Of a DNA stretch of 63,307 nt, positions 26,083 to 35,286 are shown one piece after another. The stretch covers positions 1-63,307 of the forward strand of contig DAJQ01000023.1 in NCBI GenBank assembly GCA_002496395.1, read 5' to 3'. Every line of letters starts with the position of its first letter. Within the stretch, counting starts at the first letter, position 1. Position numbers and translations under genes: made by a program. The notes beneath the pieces are model-generated. The model saw only the letters and a program-made list of their open reading frames with translations. It did no database searches and was not told the DNA's origin. The DNA comes from Methanocorpusculaceae archaeon UBA456. GTDB lineage: Archaea > Halobacteriota > Methanomicrobia > Methanomicrobiales > Methanocorpusculaceae.

Positions 26083-28383
26083 ATGACAAAAACCATTAAA
26101 ACACTATTGTTATGCCTGATTCTTATAGCCGGGCTTTGTATTTCGGTTTCTTCTGCCCAAACTACTGAGGTTCGTCTTATCAGATATGCGGCAGATGGAG
26201 TGACAATTCTCAATGAGAGGACTGTGGATTACAAATGGATGGAATCGAATCTCCCGGTTCTTGGTGATGGATCTACACACTACTACCATCAGGGACCAAT
26301 ATTTGAAGGAGATATCTGGAATCCGGCTGAAGACACAAATCTGAGAGACATGGGTGCAGTAAAAGGAACCGATCTCCGGGATCTCTGTGAACTCGTTGGA
26401 GGGATGTCTGAAGGAGAGACGGTTATCCTACGAGCATCTGATGGTATGAGACGGACATTCCCCTATGAAAATGTCTATAATCCAGAATCCCGCCAGGGAC
26501 AGATGGGGATCACATGGTACCATCATGAAGACGGATATGTCCCGGAATACCAGACAGGCATGCGCCTCATCTTCTTTGCAGACACCTCTACTAATTCAGA
26601 AGGCAAGAATGTCTTTGGTGTTGCAGATAAACGGGCAACCTTCCCCGAGGAATACTGGTATTTTTACAATGGACAGTATCCAACAACAACCGGACTTTCA
26701 GTCCAGTTTGTGAATGAGATTATCATCAACAGCGAAGCAGAACCGACCGGATCCATTCAGATTGATAGTGATCCAATCGGGGCATCAGTCTATCTTGATG
26801 ATCAGGATATGGGGCGATACACACCCTGTACGCTGACAGATATTGAGACAGGAATGTATACCGTCTCTGTTCGTCTTGAGGGATATGAGATCCCGGATGA
26901 GAAATGGGTCACAGTTACCCACAAAGATGTTGAGATAGTGCATTTCAATCTCACAAAGATTGGAGGTAACATCGAGATCACATCCCTCCCAACCGGTGCA
27001 CAGATTTTTCTTGATGATGAAGATACCGGCCTTATCACCGATGCTGTGCTGGAATTGGTTGATCCTGGCGAACGAATCATCACCCTCGTCAAGGAGGGAT
27101 ATGAAAATGAAACCATCACTATCGATGTAATTGAGGATGAAACAATTTACATTGATGCTATCTTCATCCCACAATCAGAACGGACTAAAAATGTAACTGC
27201 CATCTCATCAGATGAAACCGAGATCCAGAGAACCCCGGTAAATGGTGTTTCGGGGGATGAACCGGATATTACCAGTCAGAAGGAGGGCAGGACAGATACT
27301 GAAGATATCATAACCGAAAAACAGATTGGAGAACAGGGTTTTTTCGGCACGATCATCTCATTCTTTGGTACTTTATGGAGCAGCATACTCTCCATTATTG
27401 GTTTTGAAACGGGGACTGAAGAAGAGGCAGTTATAAATCCCCGGATAGAAGGAGAGGAGATCACAATCGAAACGAGAAAGGAGACAGAATCAGATTGCAT
27501 AGAAAAAGTCAATCGGAACCGTTCAGGAGGTCTCTACATAGAATCGTATCCTCAGGGAAGGGAGATTGTACTTGATAATCGGAAAACGGTATACCAAACG
27601 CCTATTCTCCTCTATGGTATCCGTGAAGGATTGCACAACATCAGGTTTGAAGCAAACAGCAAGTATGATGCCACACCAAACCAGAGGGTCTGGGTCAATG
27701 CTGATGCCATAATGCCCATCAGAATCGATACGATTGGACACAGGCATCTGAGGAGCATTACGATAGAGTCCACTGATTTTGACGGGGAACAATTCACAGT
27801 AAACGGCATGTACCCATCATATTCTATGCCCAATACCGTCGAAGTTGAAGGGGATAATGCATGGATTACCATTCAGTCCAATGGATCGCACTACTCCTTT
27901 TCCATACCCAATAAAATCCTGAGCGGGGAAGTGCTTTTTATACAGAAAGAAGAGAGAGCCGATGCTTACCTTCTCGTCGAATCAGTACCTGAAGGAGCAT
28001 CTGTCTTTATCAATGGGTATCCGGTGCCCGATACTACCCCTGCAATTATAGAAAATCTCAGCCCTGGAAAACACCGTATCGTGGTTTCAAAGCCAGGATA
28101 CCTTCCGGCAAGTGATGAGATTACCATTCTGCCCAAAACCACCGGATCTGCTGGCACGATCAGAACACGCCTCACTCCATATGAGAGCGGTTCACTCCTG
28201 GTAAATAGCACCCCAACAGGACAGAGAATCTACCTGTACGAGAGATATACCGGAGAGACGACTCCGCATGTCTTTGAGCATATGCGGATTGGAACCTATG
28301 AAGTTAAGATTCAGGGTCCGGATGAAACGATCTCACGAATGATGACTGTTATTCCAGACAGATTAACAGAATGTATGGTATAA
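26083..28383 (+). CDS. Secreted protein with molybdopterin-fold-like N-domain and multiple PEGA domains
   Basis: HYYHQGPIF...DLCELVGG domain; PEGA repeats (SDPIGASVYLD, SLPTGAQIFLD, SVPEGASVFING, STPTGQRIYL). Confidence 0.85.
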   Translation: MTKTIKTLLLCLILIAGLCISVSSAQTTEVRLIRYAADGVTILNERTVDYKWMESNLPVLGDGSTHYYHQGPIFEGDIWNPAEDTNLRDMGAVKGTDLRDLCELVGGMSEGETVILRASDGMRRTFPYENVYNPESRQGQMGITWYHHEDGYVPEYQTGMRLIFFADTSTNSEGKNVFGVADKRATFPEEYWYFYNGQYPTTTGLSVQFVNEIIINSEAEPTGSIQIDSDPIGASVYLDDQDMGRYTPCTLTDIETGMYTVSVRLEGYEIPDEKWVTVTHKDVEIVHFNLTKIGGNIEITSLPTGAQIFLDDEDTGLITDAVLELVDPGERIITLVKEGYENETITIDVIEDETIYIDAIFIPQSERTKNVTAISSDETEIQRTPVNGVSGDEPDITSQKEGRTDTEDIITEKQIGEQGFFGTIISFFGTLWSSILSIIGFETGTEEEAVINPRIEGEEITIETRKETESDCIEKVNRNRSGGLYIESYPQGREIVLDNRKTVYQTPILLYGIREGLHNIRFEANSKYDATPNQRVWVNADAIMPIRIDTIGHRHLRSITIESTDFDGEQFTVNGMYPSYSMPNTVEVEGDNAWITIQSNGSHYSFSIPNKILSGEVLFIQKEERADAYLLVESVPEGASVFINGYPVPDTTPAIIENLSPGKHRIVVSKPGYLPASDEITILPKTTGSAGTIRTRLTPYESGSLLVNSTPTGQRIYLYERYTGETTPHVFEHMRIGTYEVKIQGPDETISRMMTVIPDRLTECMV

Positions 28384-28404
28384 AACCAATTTGAGTGATT
28401 TTTT

Positions 28405-29238
28405 ATGACACAACACCTAAAAAAAGCAACTCTGCTCGTATTGCTCCTGCTGTTAACGGCGGGAGTAGTTCATGCAGCCCCCACAACAAGTGTATATGTG
28501 GCAAAGATTGCCCCCGATCAGACGACGATACTTGATGATACAATGATTGATTATCAATGGATGGAAGCACATCTGCCGGTTCTTGGCGACGGAGAGACAC
28601 GATACTATCACCAGGGACCTGTCTTTGATGGAGATAAATGGGATCCTGAAGAGACGACAAACTTCAAGGATCGTGGAGCTGTGAAAGGAACGGATGTCCG
28701 TGATCTCTGTGACCTTGTTGGGGGTGCAGAATCCGGGGACGACATTATGATCCGGGCCACTGATGGTTACCATGTGGTGTATCCATATGCCAACGTCTAT
28801 ACGCCCGATCCCCGTCAGGGACCAATTGGTATCTGCTGGTATAATGGAGCTGATTCCGGAGCTGGTGAAAGGCAGGGGACAGGATACGTTCCTGACTACT
28901 ATATGGGGATGCGGGTTGTCTTCTTTGCGGATAATTCAACAAATGACGAGGGACTGCATGTGTATGGAAATTATGATATGCACGAGACTCTCCCTGATTC
29001 AGCACAGCATTTCTACGATCTCCTACCGTCAACCAGTGGGCTTTCCATCAAATGGGTCGATGAGATCCGGATTTACCAGGGAGGTTTCACCGGGGATCGT
29101 GGGAGTCTGGCATCATCACTGATAGAGAAGCCGGTGCCCAAAGCGGCAACTCCTGCCCCAACAGAGGCTCCCCTCTCAATGATTGTGGTCTTTGGAGGAG
29201 CCTGTATCGGACTCTGCATTGCATTGCGCAGGACGTGA
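28405..29238 (+). CDS. Surface-anchored single molybdopterin-fold-like domain protein
   Basis: Signal; RYYHQGPVF...DLCDLVGG; C-terminal APLS, TM helix, RR. Confidence 0.85.
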   Translation: MTQHLKKATLLVLLLLLTAGVVHAAPTTSVYVAKIAPDQTTILDDTMIDYQWMEAHLPVLGDGETRYYHQGPVFDGDKWDPEETTNFKDRGAVKGTDVRDLCDLVGGAESGDDIMIRATDGYHVVYPYANVYTPDPRQGPIGICWYNGADSGAGERQGTGYVPDYYMGMRVVFFADNSTNDEGLHVYGNYDMHETLPDSAQHFYDLLPSTSGLSIKWVDEIRIYQGGFTGDRGSLASSLIEKPVPKAATPAPTEAPLSMIVVFGGACIGLCIALRRT

Positions 29239-29242
29239 AACA

Positions 29243-29800
29243 ATGCAAATTCACACTTTTTTCATCTGTGCCGTACTGATCGCAGCACTTTCCATCTGTG
29301 GTTGTATGAGTGCTCCGTTTGAATCGACCGATGATCGGATCTGGAATCTAACCCTCATCGGTGATACTGAAGAGGTGCTCACTCTTCAGGAGCTCAGATC
29401 GCTTCCCTCTGTCGAAGGATATGGATATGGCATCTCCACCGTAGGGATCAAAGTGGGTCCAAATACCTATCGTGGAGTGTTAATCTCTGATCTTATCGAG
29501 AGGGTTGGAGGCATGGGACAAAATGATCTCGTCTATATTTCAGCAGATGATGGCTATCTCTGGGTGTTTGGTGCGGACCAGATCAAGGGAGAAGGTTTCA
29601 TGACCCTGAATGAAGATCTCAAGGAGATCCCATCCCCCGGTCTTTCAGTTATCTGTGCATATGAGCGGGATGGCGAGATCATTGATGAAGAATGGGGAGG
29701 TCCTCTCAGGGTGATTATCATCTCGAATCAGGAGAATACCATCGTCGAAGCAAGCTCATGGGTAAAATGGGTTGATAGCATTGAGGTTAAGCGGCGGTGA
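29243..29800 (+). CDS. Lipoprotein with molybdopterin-dependent oxidoreductase-like domain
   Basis: ICGC lipobox; YRGVLISDL...ISADDGY...ICAYERDG...GGPLRV...WVKWVDSI. Confidence 0.8.
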   Translation: MQIHTFFICAVLIAALSICGCMSAPFESTDDRIWNLTLIGDTEEVLTLQELRSLPSVEGYGYGISTVGIKVGPNTYRGVLISDLIERVGGMGQNDLVYISADDGYLWVFGADQIKGEGFMTLNEDLKEIPSPGLSVICAYERDGEIIDEEWGGPLRVIIISNQENTIVEASSWVKWVDSIEVKRR

Positions 29801-29803
29801 ATA

Positions 29804-30784
29804 ATGCGGTTTCTGCTGCTTTGTACTGTGTTCCTCCTGCTTTGTGCAGGATGTATGGATCAATCAGAAGAGCAGGTGACGATCCGGGTTGTTTCAGCTG
29901 GCAGTATGCTTGTTCCTCTTGAGGGAATTGAAGAGGCATACGAGGATCAGCATCCAGGGGTTGACATTCAGGTTGAAGGTCATGGGAGCATCCAGGCAGT
30001 CAGGCAGATAACTGATCTAAACCGCAGGTTTGATCTGGTGTTGGTAGCGGACCAGGCTCTTATTCCGGATATGATGTACCGGGAGAGGGAGAATGAGGAG
30101 GGACAGTATACAGATTCATTTGTTCCTTTTGCAACCAATCAGATCGTGATTGCTTATACGGACAAGAGCAGGTATGCTGATGAGATAAACGCGGATAACT
30201 GGTATCAGATCCTTGCAAGGCCGGATGTTCACATCGGTTTTTCAAATCCCATGCTCGATGCGTGTGGATACCGGGCACTGATGGTGACAGCGCTTGCCGG
30301 GGAATACTATGGCGATGATGGACTCTTTGACAGGATGATCGGAGATCATATTAATCCCAGGGCAACTGTGGAGAGATACGGGGATGATATCTCCATCGTA
30401 CTTCCGGAACTCCTACTCCCGAAAGGGGACAAAGTGAGCATACGATCGGGGAGCATCTATCTTCTGGCACTCTTAGATGCCGGGGGTATCGATTATGCTT
30501 TTGAATACAGGAGTGTGGCACGCGATCACGGCCTTCACTGGATAGATCTGCCTCCTGAAATCGATCTCTCGGATCCAGACTTTCAGGATAATTATAAAAG
30601 AGTCCAGGTAAATCTCGGATATCAACGTTTTGAATCGATTGACAATATCCGGGTTGGGGAGCAGATCGTCTATGCTGCGACAATTCCAAATAATGCAGAG
30701 AATCCGGAGCACGCTGAACAGTTTATGGATTTCATGCTCAAAGCCATTCAAAACAGGGAGTATGGCGGCCCTGAACCGCTGTGA
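29804..30784 (+). CDS. wtpA: Second WtpA/ModA-like oxyanion-binding lipoprotein
   Basis: CAGC lipobox, SAGSM, GHGSIQAVRQITD, SNPMLDACGYR, YAFEYRSVA, IVYAATI. Confidence 0.85.
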   Translation: MRFLLLCTVFLLLCAGCMDQSEEQVTIRVVSAGSMLVPLEGIEEAYEDQHPGVDIQVEGHGSIQAVRQITDLNRRFDLVLVADQALIPDMMYRERENEEGQYTDSFVPFATNQIVIAYTDKSRYADEINADNWYQILARPDVHIGFSNPMLDACGYRALMVTALAGEYYGDDGLFDRMIGDHINPRATVERYGDDISIVLPELLLPKGDKVSIRSGSIYLLALLDAGGIDYAFEYRSVARDHGLHWIDLPPEIDLSDPDFQDNYKRVQVNLGYQRFESIDNIRVGEQIVYAATIPNNAENPEHAEQFMDFMLKAIQNREYGGPEPL

Positions 30785-30939
30785 TGAGGAGGGTTTTTAT
30801 AGGCTCGCGATACCTGCACACCGGCATGGGTATTTTGTTTTGTCCCCATACTTTCTCTTTGATGACGGGGAACATGAGTTTATTTTTTATCCGGGTAATA
30901 CTCTGAAGACGGCATCAGGCAGATAAGAAGCCATCGCCA

Positions 30940-31284
30940 TTACTCTCTCCGTCGATTCGAAGACGATCGTTGGTTCCCCCAGATTGGATCGCACCCGTAC
31001 TGATCCATCCAGGCGCTATCATATCCATTCTCACCCTCCTGTATCCCGTCTTTATCAGAGAAGGGGATCTGGTAGCGCAAACAATAATGAATCAGCACTT
31101 CATATGCCTCATTCAGTCGAACCATGCCATTGTGCGTTTCATCGGATCCATACCCTGAAACATCCGGGTGCCACTCCAAAACCAGGGCATGATAGCGGGA
31201 GCGTATCTGGTTGATGCTCGCCGCATCACCAATACCCAGAATATCCGCAGCCTCCCTGGGAGAAAGGCACTTCCGTGCAGCCAT
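30940..31284 (-). CDS. DnaJ (J-domain) protein
   Basis: AADILG...IRSRY..LVLEWHPD...LNEAYEVL. Confidence 0.8.
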   Translation of the reverse strand: MAARKCLSPREAADILGIGDAASINQIRSRYHALVLEWHPDVSGYGSDETHNGMVRLNEAYEVLIHYCLRYQIPFSDKDGIQEGENGYDSAWMDQYGCDPIWGNQRSSSNRRRE

Positions 31285-31312
31285 ATGATACCATGTGACC
31301 AGAGGACGATAA

Positions 31313-31891
31313 ATGAACCCATTGCGACAGACCTTTGAAGACAACGCCGGTGAATATGACCGCTGGTTCGACGATCATCCCCATACCTATTCCGCCCAGC
31401 TCTCGATGTTGCGGGATGCGGTGCCGGCAGGAGGGCTTTCGCTTGAGATAGGCGTTGGGTCTGGACGTTTTGCAGCCCCTCTTGGCATATCCCTTGGTAT
31501 CGACCCGTCCTTTGGAATGGCAGCAATCGCGAGGGCGAGGGGAATTGAGACAATTATAGGAGTTGGCGAGCATCTCCCGTTCCGCGACACCACCTGTGAT
31601 ACCATCCTGATGATGACCGTCATCTGCTTCCTGGATCAACCGCTGCCCGTCTTTTGGGAGGCATACCGCCTCCTGAAACCAGGGGGAACCCTCGTGCTCG
31701 GCTTTATCGAGCCGGACGGGGCAATCGCACGTAAATATCAGAGTGAAGAGATAAAAGGGCGTTTTCTCAGGTATGCCACTTATTACTCAGTCGATGAGGT
31801 CTTCGCATTCTACAGGGATGCTGGATTTTCTGAGCTTGCAGTCACACAAACTGCACGAGGGTTTTCGGTGATTATCGGGAAGAAGCGGTAA
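31313..31891 (+). CDS. Class I SAM-dependent methyltransferase
   Basis: LEIGVGSGRF, GIDPS, EHLPF, LLKPGG. Confidence 0.88.
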   Translation: MNPLRQTFEDNAGEYDRWFDDHPHTYSAQLSMLRDAVPAGGLSLEIGVGSGRFAAPLGISLGIDPSFGMAAIARARGIETIIGVGEHLPFRDTTCDTILMMTVICFLDQPLPVFWEAYRLLKPGGTLVLGFIEPDGAIARKYQSEEIKGRFLRYATYYSVDEVFAFYRDAGFSELAVTQTARGFSVIIGKKR

Positions 31892-31911
31892 GAACACAAA
31901 TCCTCCTCCGG

Positions 31912-32262
31912 CTATTCCCCATCTCCATTTCCGCACCTCCGCCTGTATGCATAGAGAACACCACCGGCTACAAGCAGCAGCAGAATTCCTGCGATAAGAT
32001 ACAGAAGAGACGGGTGATACGCCACTGAAAAGGTGGATCCTGCTCCCGGCCCTATATAAGGAACCGTATCTCCGGTTTCTGGTATTTCAAGGAGATCCCC
32101 ACGTTGATTCTCTTCAGCAAGTTCTCTCTCAGATCCAGCGGTTTCCAATTCCATTGCATCCCCGCCACCCTGAGATGCACCGGCGCCCACACAACAGGCA
32201 ACAACGCACAGGAGGAGTGTGAACCAGAAGATACTGCTTCTCTGCATCGTCATGTCAATCAT
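31912..32262 (-). CDS. Small exported protein with C-terminal TM anchor
   Basis: Signal; GDTVPY...TFSVAYHP, TM helix, RRR; paralog of 3808-4143. Confidence 0.7.
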   Translation of the reverse strand: MIDMTMQRSSIFWFTLLLCVVACCVGAGASQGGGDAMELETAGSERELAEENQRGDLLEIPETGDTVPYIGPGAGSTFSVAYHPSLLYLIAGILLLLVAGGVLYAYRRRCGNGDGE

Positions 32263-32285
32263 ACCTCATTCCACTACAGAGCAGT

Positions 32286-33599
32286 TCACACCTGCAGGTA
32301 CCCATCCATATACTCCAGGAACCGCTCCACCGTCTCTGTTGAATACGGCCCTTCTTCATAGGCAGTCATAAGGGTAAGCTCTCCCCTGAAAGTATAGGCC
32401 ACCACCAGGAACCCGTACGGCCAGCAGATGCAGGGGATGAAATGGAACCGTTCAAGGGAGAGAGCAGTTCCGTCTTTTCCAGGCATGGGAAGATAGTCAT
32501 CCGGGCTGATGATTCCAAGGTTTGCAAAGACCGGGTTCTTCTCACCATCTGTTGTATACCGCGTGAGCATCCCGTCAAAGAACGCCTCCACCGCATCTAT
32601 CCCGCCTGCATAGATCTTCTCATAGAAGTGAATACAGCCGGGGCCGATCCTGCCGTCCTTTTTGCTTTTCATGAACGCCGTCACTTTCGGAAGAATATCC
32701 CAAACTGTTGCCCCGGATTCAACCTCAAGTGTCAGTTCAAAGGCAACCGAGAGGTTCATCGGCGGCAGGCGTTCGTTCCCCGGAAGGAGGCGGCGCATAT
32801 CAGCGGATGTCAGGATGCCACGGGGTGCGCCGCGATCAGTGGGATCATCCCGGATTGCTATAAACGCCAAAAAGAACGCAGCAATTAAGACATCATTCAC
32901 GGTAGCACCATACCGCTTACCAATCCCCTTGATCTCTGCGAGCCGCTCCACCGGGAGCGTCCGGTATGCAGCCCGCTGCCTGCCGCGGCCGATCCACTCA
33001 GCCGGGAAATGCCAGCGGTCGACAAAAGGCTCTTCTTCTGCGATCACCAGCCTGCACTCCTCGTCGGTATAGAGGGAGAGAATGCGGTCAGTGGTACGGT
33101 CATAGATCCCGGTGGAGGGGGGGCGGTATCCGGGATCCTGCATAACCCCCCGATATGCCGAACAGAGATCCTCAGCCATCGTGAGGATGCCCTTTGCATC
33201 GCAGAACCCGTGGTGGCAGGTGACGCAGATCGTATCCCCACCCGATCCGCGGTAGAGCGTCACCCGAACCTGCGGGCCTGCCCGGACATCGGGTGAGGGA
33301 GGGAGAATGACAGGCGGAGGGGCGTCATCCTCCCCCGAATGAACGAGAACAAACGCCCTCTCCCACTCCTCTTCCGGGATCTCCTCCCAGACCGGCCGCC
33401 CCTCCACAAGTGCGAAACGCGATCTGATATAGGGATTGCTTGCGATCAGCCTCAGTGTCGCTCTCTTCAGGAGCTGCTCATCGACCTGCCCGTCAAGGGA
33501 GAGGACGACCGTCATCGTCGGATCATAGATCCGCTCGAAGAGGACATTGAAGAGATCAAATGCGGGCACGGGATGGTGGGGGGGAGGAACAGTCATCAC
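32286..33599 (-). CDS. Stand-alone condensation-domain / CoA-dependent acyltransferase-fold protein
   Basis: LIASNPYIRSRF, CHHGFCDAKG (HHxxxD), GATVNDVLIAA, SADMRR, NLG, FRGELTL. Confidence 0.8.
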   Translation of the reverse strand: MMTVPPPHHPVPAFDLFNVLFERIYDPTMTVVLSLDGQVDEQLLKRATLRLIASNPYIRSRFALVEGRPVWEEIPEEEWERAFVLVHSGEDDAPPPVILPPSPDVRAGPQVRVTLYRGSGGDTICVTCHHGFCDAKGILTMAEDLCSAYRGVMQDPGYRPPSTGIYDRTTDRILSLYTDEECRLVIAEEEPFVDRWHFPAEWIGRGRQRAAYRTLPVERLAEIKGIGKRYGATVNDVLIAAFFLAFIAIRDDPTDRGAPRGILTSADMRRLLPGNERLPPMNLSVAFELTLEVESGATVWDILPKVTAFMKSKKDGRIGPGCIHFYEKIYAGGIDAVEAFFDGMLTRYTTDGEKNPVFANLGIISPDDYLPMPGKDGTALSLERFHFIPCICWPYGFLVVAYTFRGELTLMTAYEEGPYSTETVERFLEYMDGYLQV

Positions 33600-33701
33600 C
33601 TGAATACTTCTCCCCGTGATGTTATTGCTCTTTTCACCGGGGCTGAAGAAGAGTTAAGCCGACCGGATCTTTTTTTACTCACCGGTTCCATCCCTTGTGG
33701 G

Positions 33702-34352
33702 ATGACAGGTGACGTGAATATTCTTCAGGAAACGATTCGCCATGCCCTCCGGCTCGGGGCGGACGTTGCAGGCACCGTCCCCGCAGCAGAGCTCATCAAC
33801 TGTCCCTCAGCTCTAAAAGACGGCAGAAAGGGCTCAGAGAGAGATCATGGCACCTACATCATCCTCGGCCTCTACCATGATCCCGCCACGCCGGAGATGG
33901 ACCACTGGGAAGAGGGACGTGGCACACCGGGGGACAGGCAGCTTGGAGCCATAGGCAGAGAGCTCGCAGGATGGCTTCACAGGACACATGGAATCGGGGC
34001 TAAATTAATTCCCTACCAGCTCTATGACGGCGGGATCTATCTCAAAGATGCCGCAGTACTCGCAGGAATCGGCATCATGGGAAGAAACAACCTGATACTG
34101 GTACCCGGATTTGGGCCGAGGATTCGGTTCCGGGCAGTCTGGGCAGATATCGAATCCGAACCGCCGGCACCCATGACTATCACTCCTCCCTGCACAGAAT
34201 GCCCCGGGTACTGCATCAGCACCTGCCCAAGGGGGGCATTTGAGGCCGGAACATACAGCCGGGAGCGGTGCATGGAACGGATGAATGCGGATAAAAGCAG
34301 AAAAGACGAAATGATCGAACACTGCCGGGGATGCGAGCTCGCCTGCCCCTAA
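33702..34352 (+). CDS. QueG-like (epoxyqueuosine reductase family) Fe-S protein
   Basis: KDAAVLAGIG.MGRNNL...GPRIRF, CTECPGYCISTCP, CRGCELACP. Confidence 0.75.
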   Translation: MTGDVNILQETIRHALRLGADVAGTVPAAELINCPSALKDGRKGSERDHGTYIILGLYHDPATPEMDHWEEGRGTPGDRQLGAIGRELAGWLHRTHGIGAKLIPYQLYDGGIYLKDAAVLAGIGIMGRNNLILVPGFGPRIRFRAVWADIESEPPAPMTITPPCTECPGYCISTCPRGAFEAGTYSRERCMERMNADKSRKDEMIEHCRGCELACP

Positions 34353-34846
34353 CGCCCCTCCGCTCGCAGCTCTTCGAGCCTGGCAAGCACCTCTTCCACA
34401 TGCCCCTTCACCTTCACCTTCCGCCAGATATGAGCGATATTTCCATCAGGATCAATGATGAAGGTGCTCCGTTCAACCCCCATATACTCCCTGCCGTACA
34501 TCTTCTTCTGCTTCCAGGCACCATACGCCTCGATCACCAGGTGTTCGGGATCTGAGAGGAGAGTGACGGTGAGCTGCTGCTTCTCAGCGAAACGCCGGTG
34601 GCTTGCGATCGAGTCCGGGCTGATCCCAAATACCGGCGTATTATCACGGGCAAACGTCTCCATCGCATCCGAGAAGGAGCGTGCCTCAAGGGTGCATCCT
34701 GAAGAGTTATCTTTTGGATAGAAGTAGACGATGGAAAAGACGCCCCGCTGCTCGGCGAGGCAGACCATATGTTCATCGATATCAGGGAGGCAGAAATCGG
34801 GTGCCTTCATCCCGACAGTTAGTTCAGTCATGAGAGAATCTGGCAT
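34349..34846 (-). CDS. bcp: Peroxiredoxin, BCP type
   Basis: YFYPKDNSSGCTLEA, RSTFIIDPDG. Confidence 0.9.
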   Translation of the reverse strand: MPDSLMTELTVGMKAPDFCLPDIDEHMVCLAEQRGVFSIVYFYPKDNSSGCTLEARSFSDAMETFARDNTPVFGISPDSIASHRRFAEKQQLTVTLLSDPEHLVIEAYGAWKQKKMYGREYMGVERSTFIIDPDGNIAHIWRKVKVKGHVEEVLARLEELRAEGR

Positions 34847-34923
34847 CGGTCAGACGATAAGAATATCGCCGGATCATCCACAGGGTCATATATTTCTTCC
34901 ATCCAGCCCAATGTATACCCACG

Positions 34924-35286
34924 ATGAGAGAGCCCCCCGAATTTACCTGGAAACAATGCCTGATCGTCAGGGACGACGTGAAGATGAGCTGCGGGAAGAA
35001 ATGCGCCCAGCTTGCCCATGCAGCCGTCGGCGCCTATGAGAAGGCCAGTGCCGCCTCGAAACGTGCATGGATGGATGAGGGGCAGAAGAAAGTCGCCCTG
35101 AAGGTGAGCGGTGAGCGGGCGCTCTATGAACTGAAGGTGGTCGCAGAAGCAAACGGAATCCCCGCATGCATCATCCAGGATGCAGGCCTCACCGAGATCC
35201 CGCCGGGAACCGTTACCGCCCTCGGCCTTGGACCCGCCAAATCCGAACTCCTCGATCGGGTCACCTCAGATCTTAAACTCCTATGA
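34924..35286 (+). CDS. pth2: Peptidyl-tRNA hydrolase Pth2
   Basis: KQCLIVR.D, AQLAHA, GQKKVALK, DAGLTEI.PGTVT.LGLGP. Confidence 0.95.
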   Translation: MREPPEFTWKQCLIVRDDVKMSCGKKCAQLAHAAVGAYEKASAASKRAWMDEGQKKVALKVSGERALYELKVVAEANGIPACIIQDAGLTEIPPGTVTALGLGPAKSELLDRVTSDLKLL

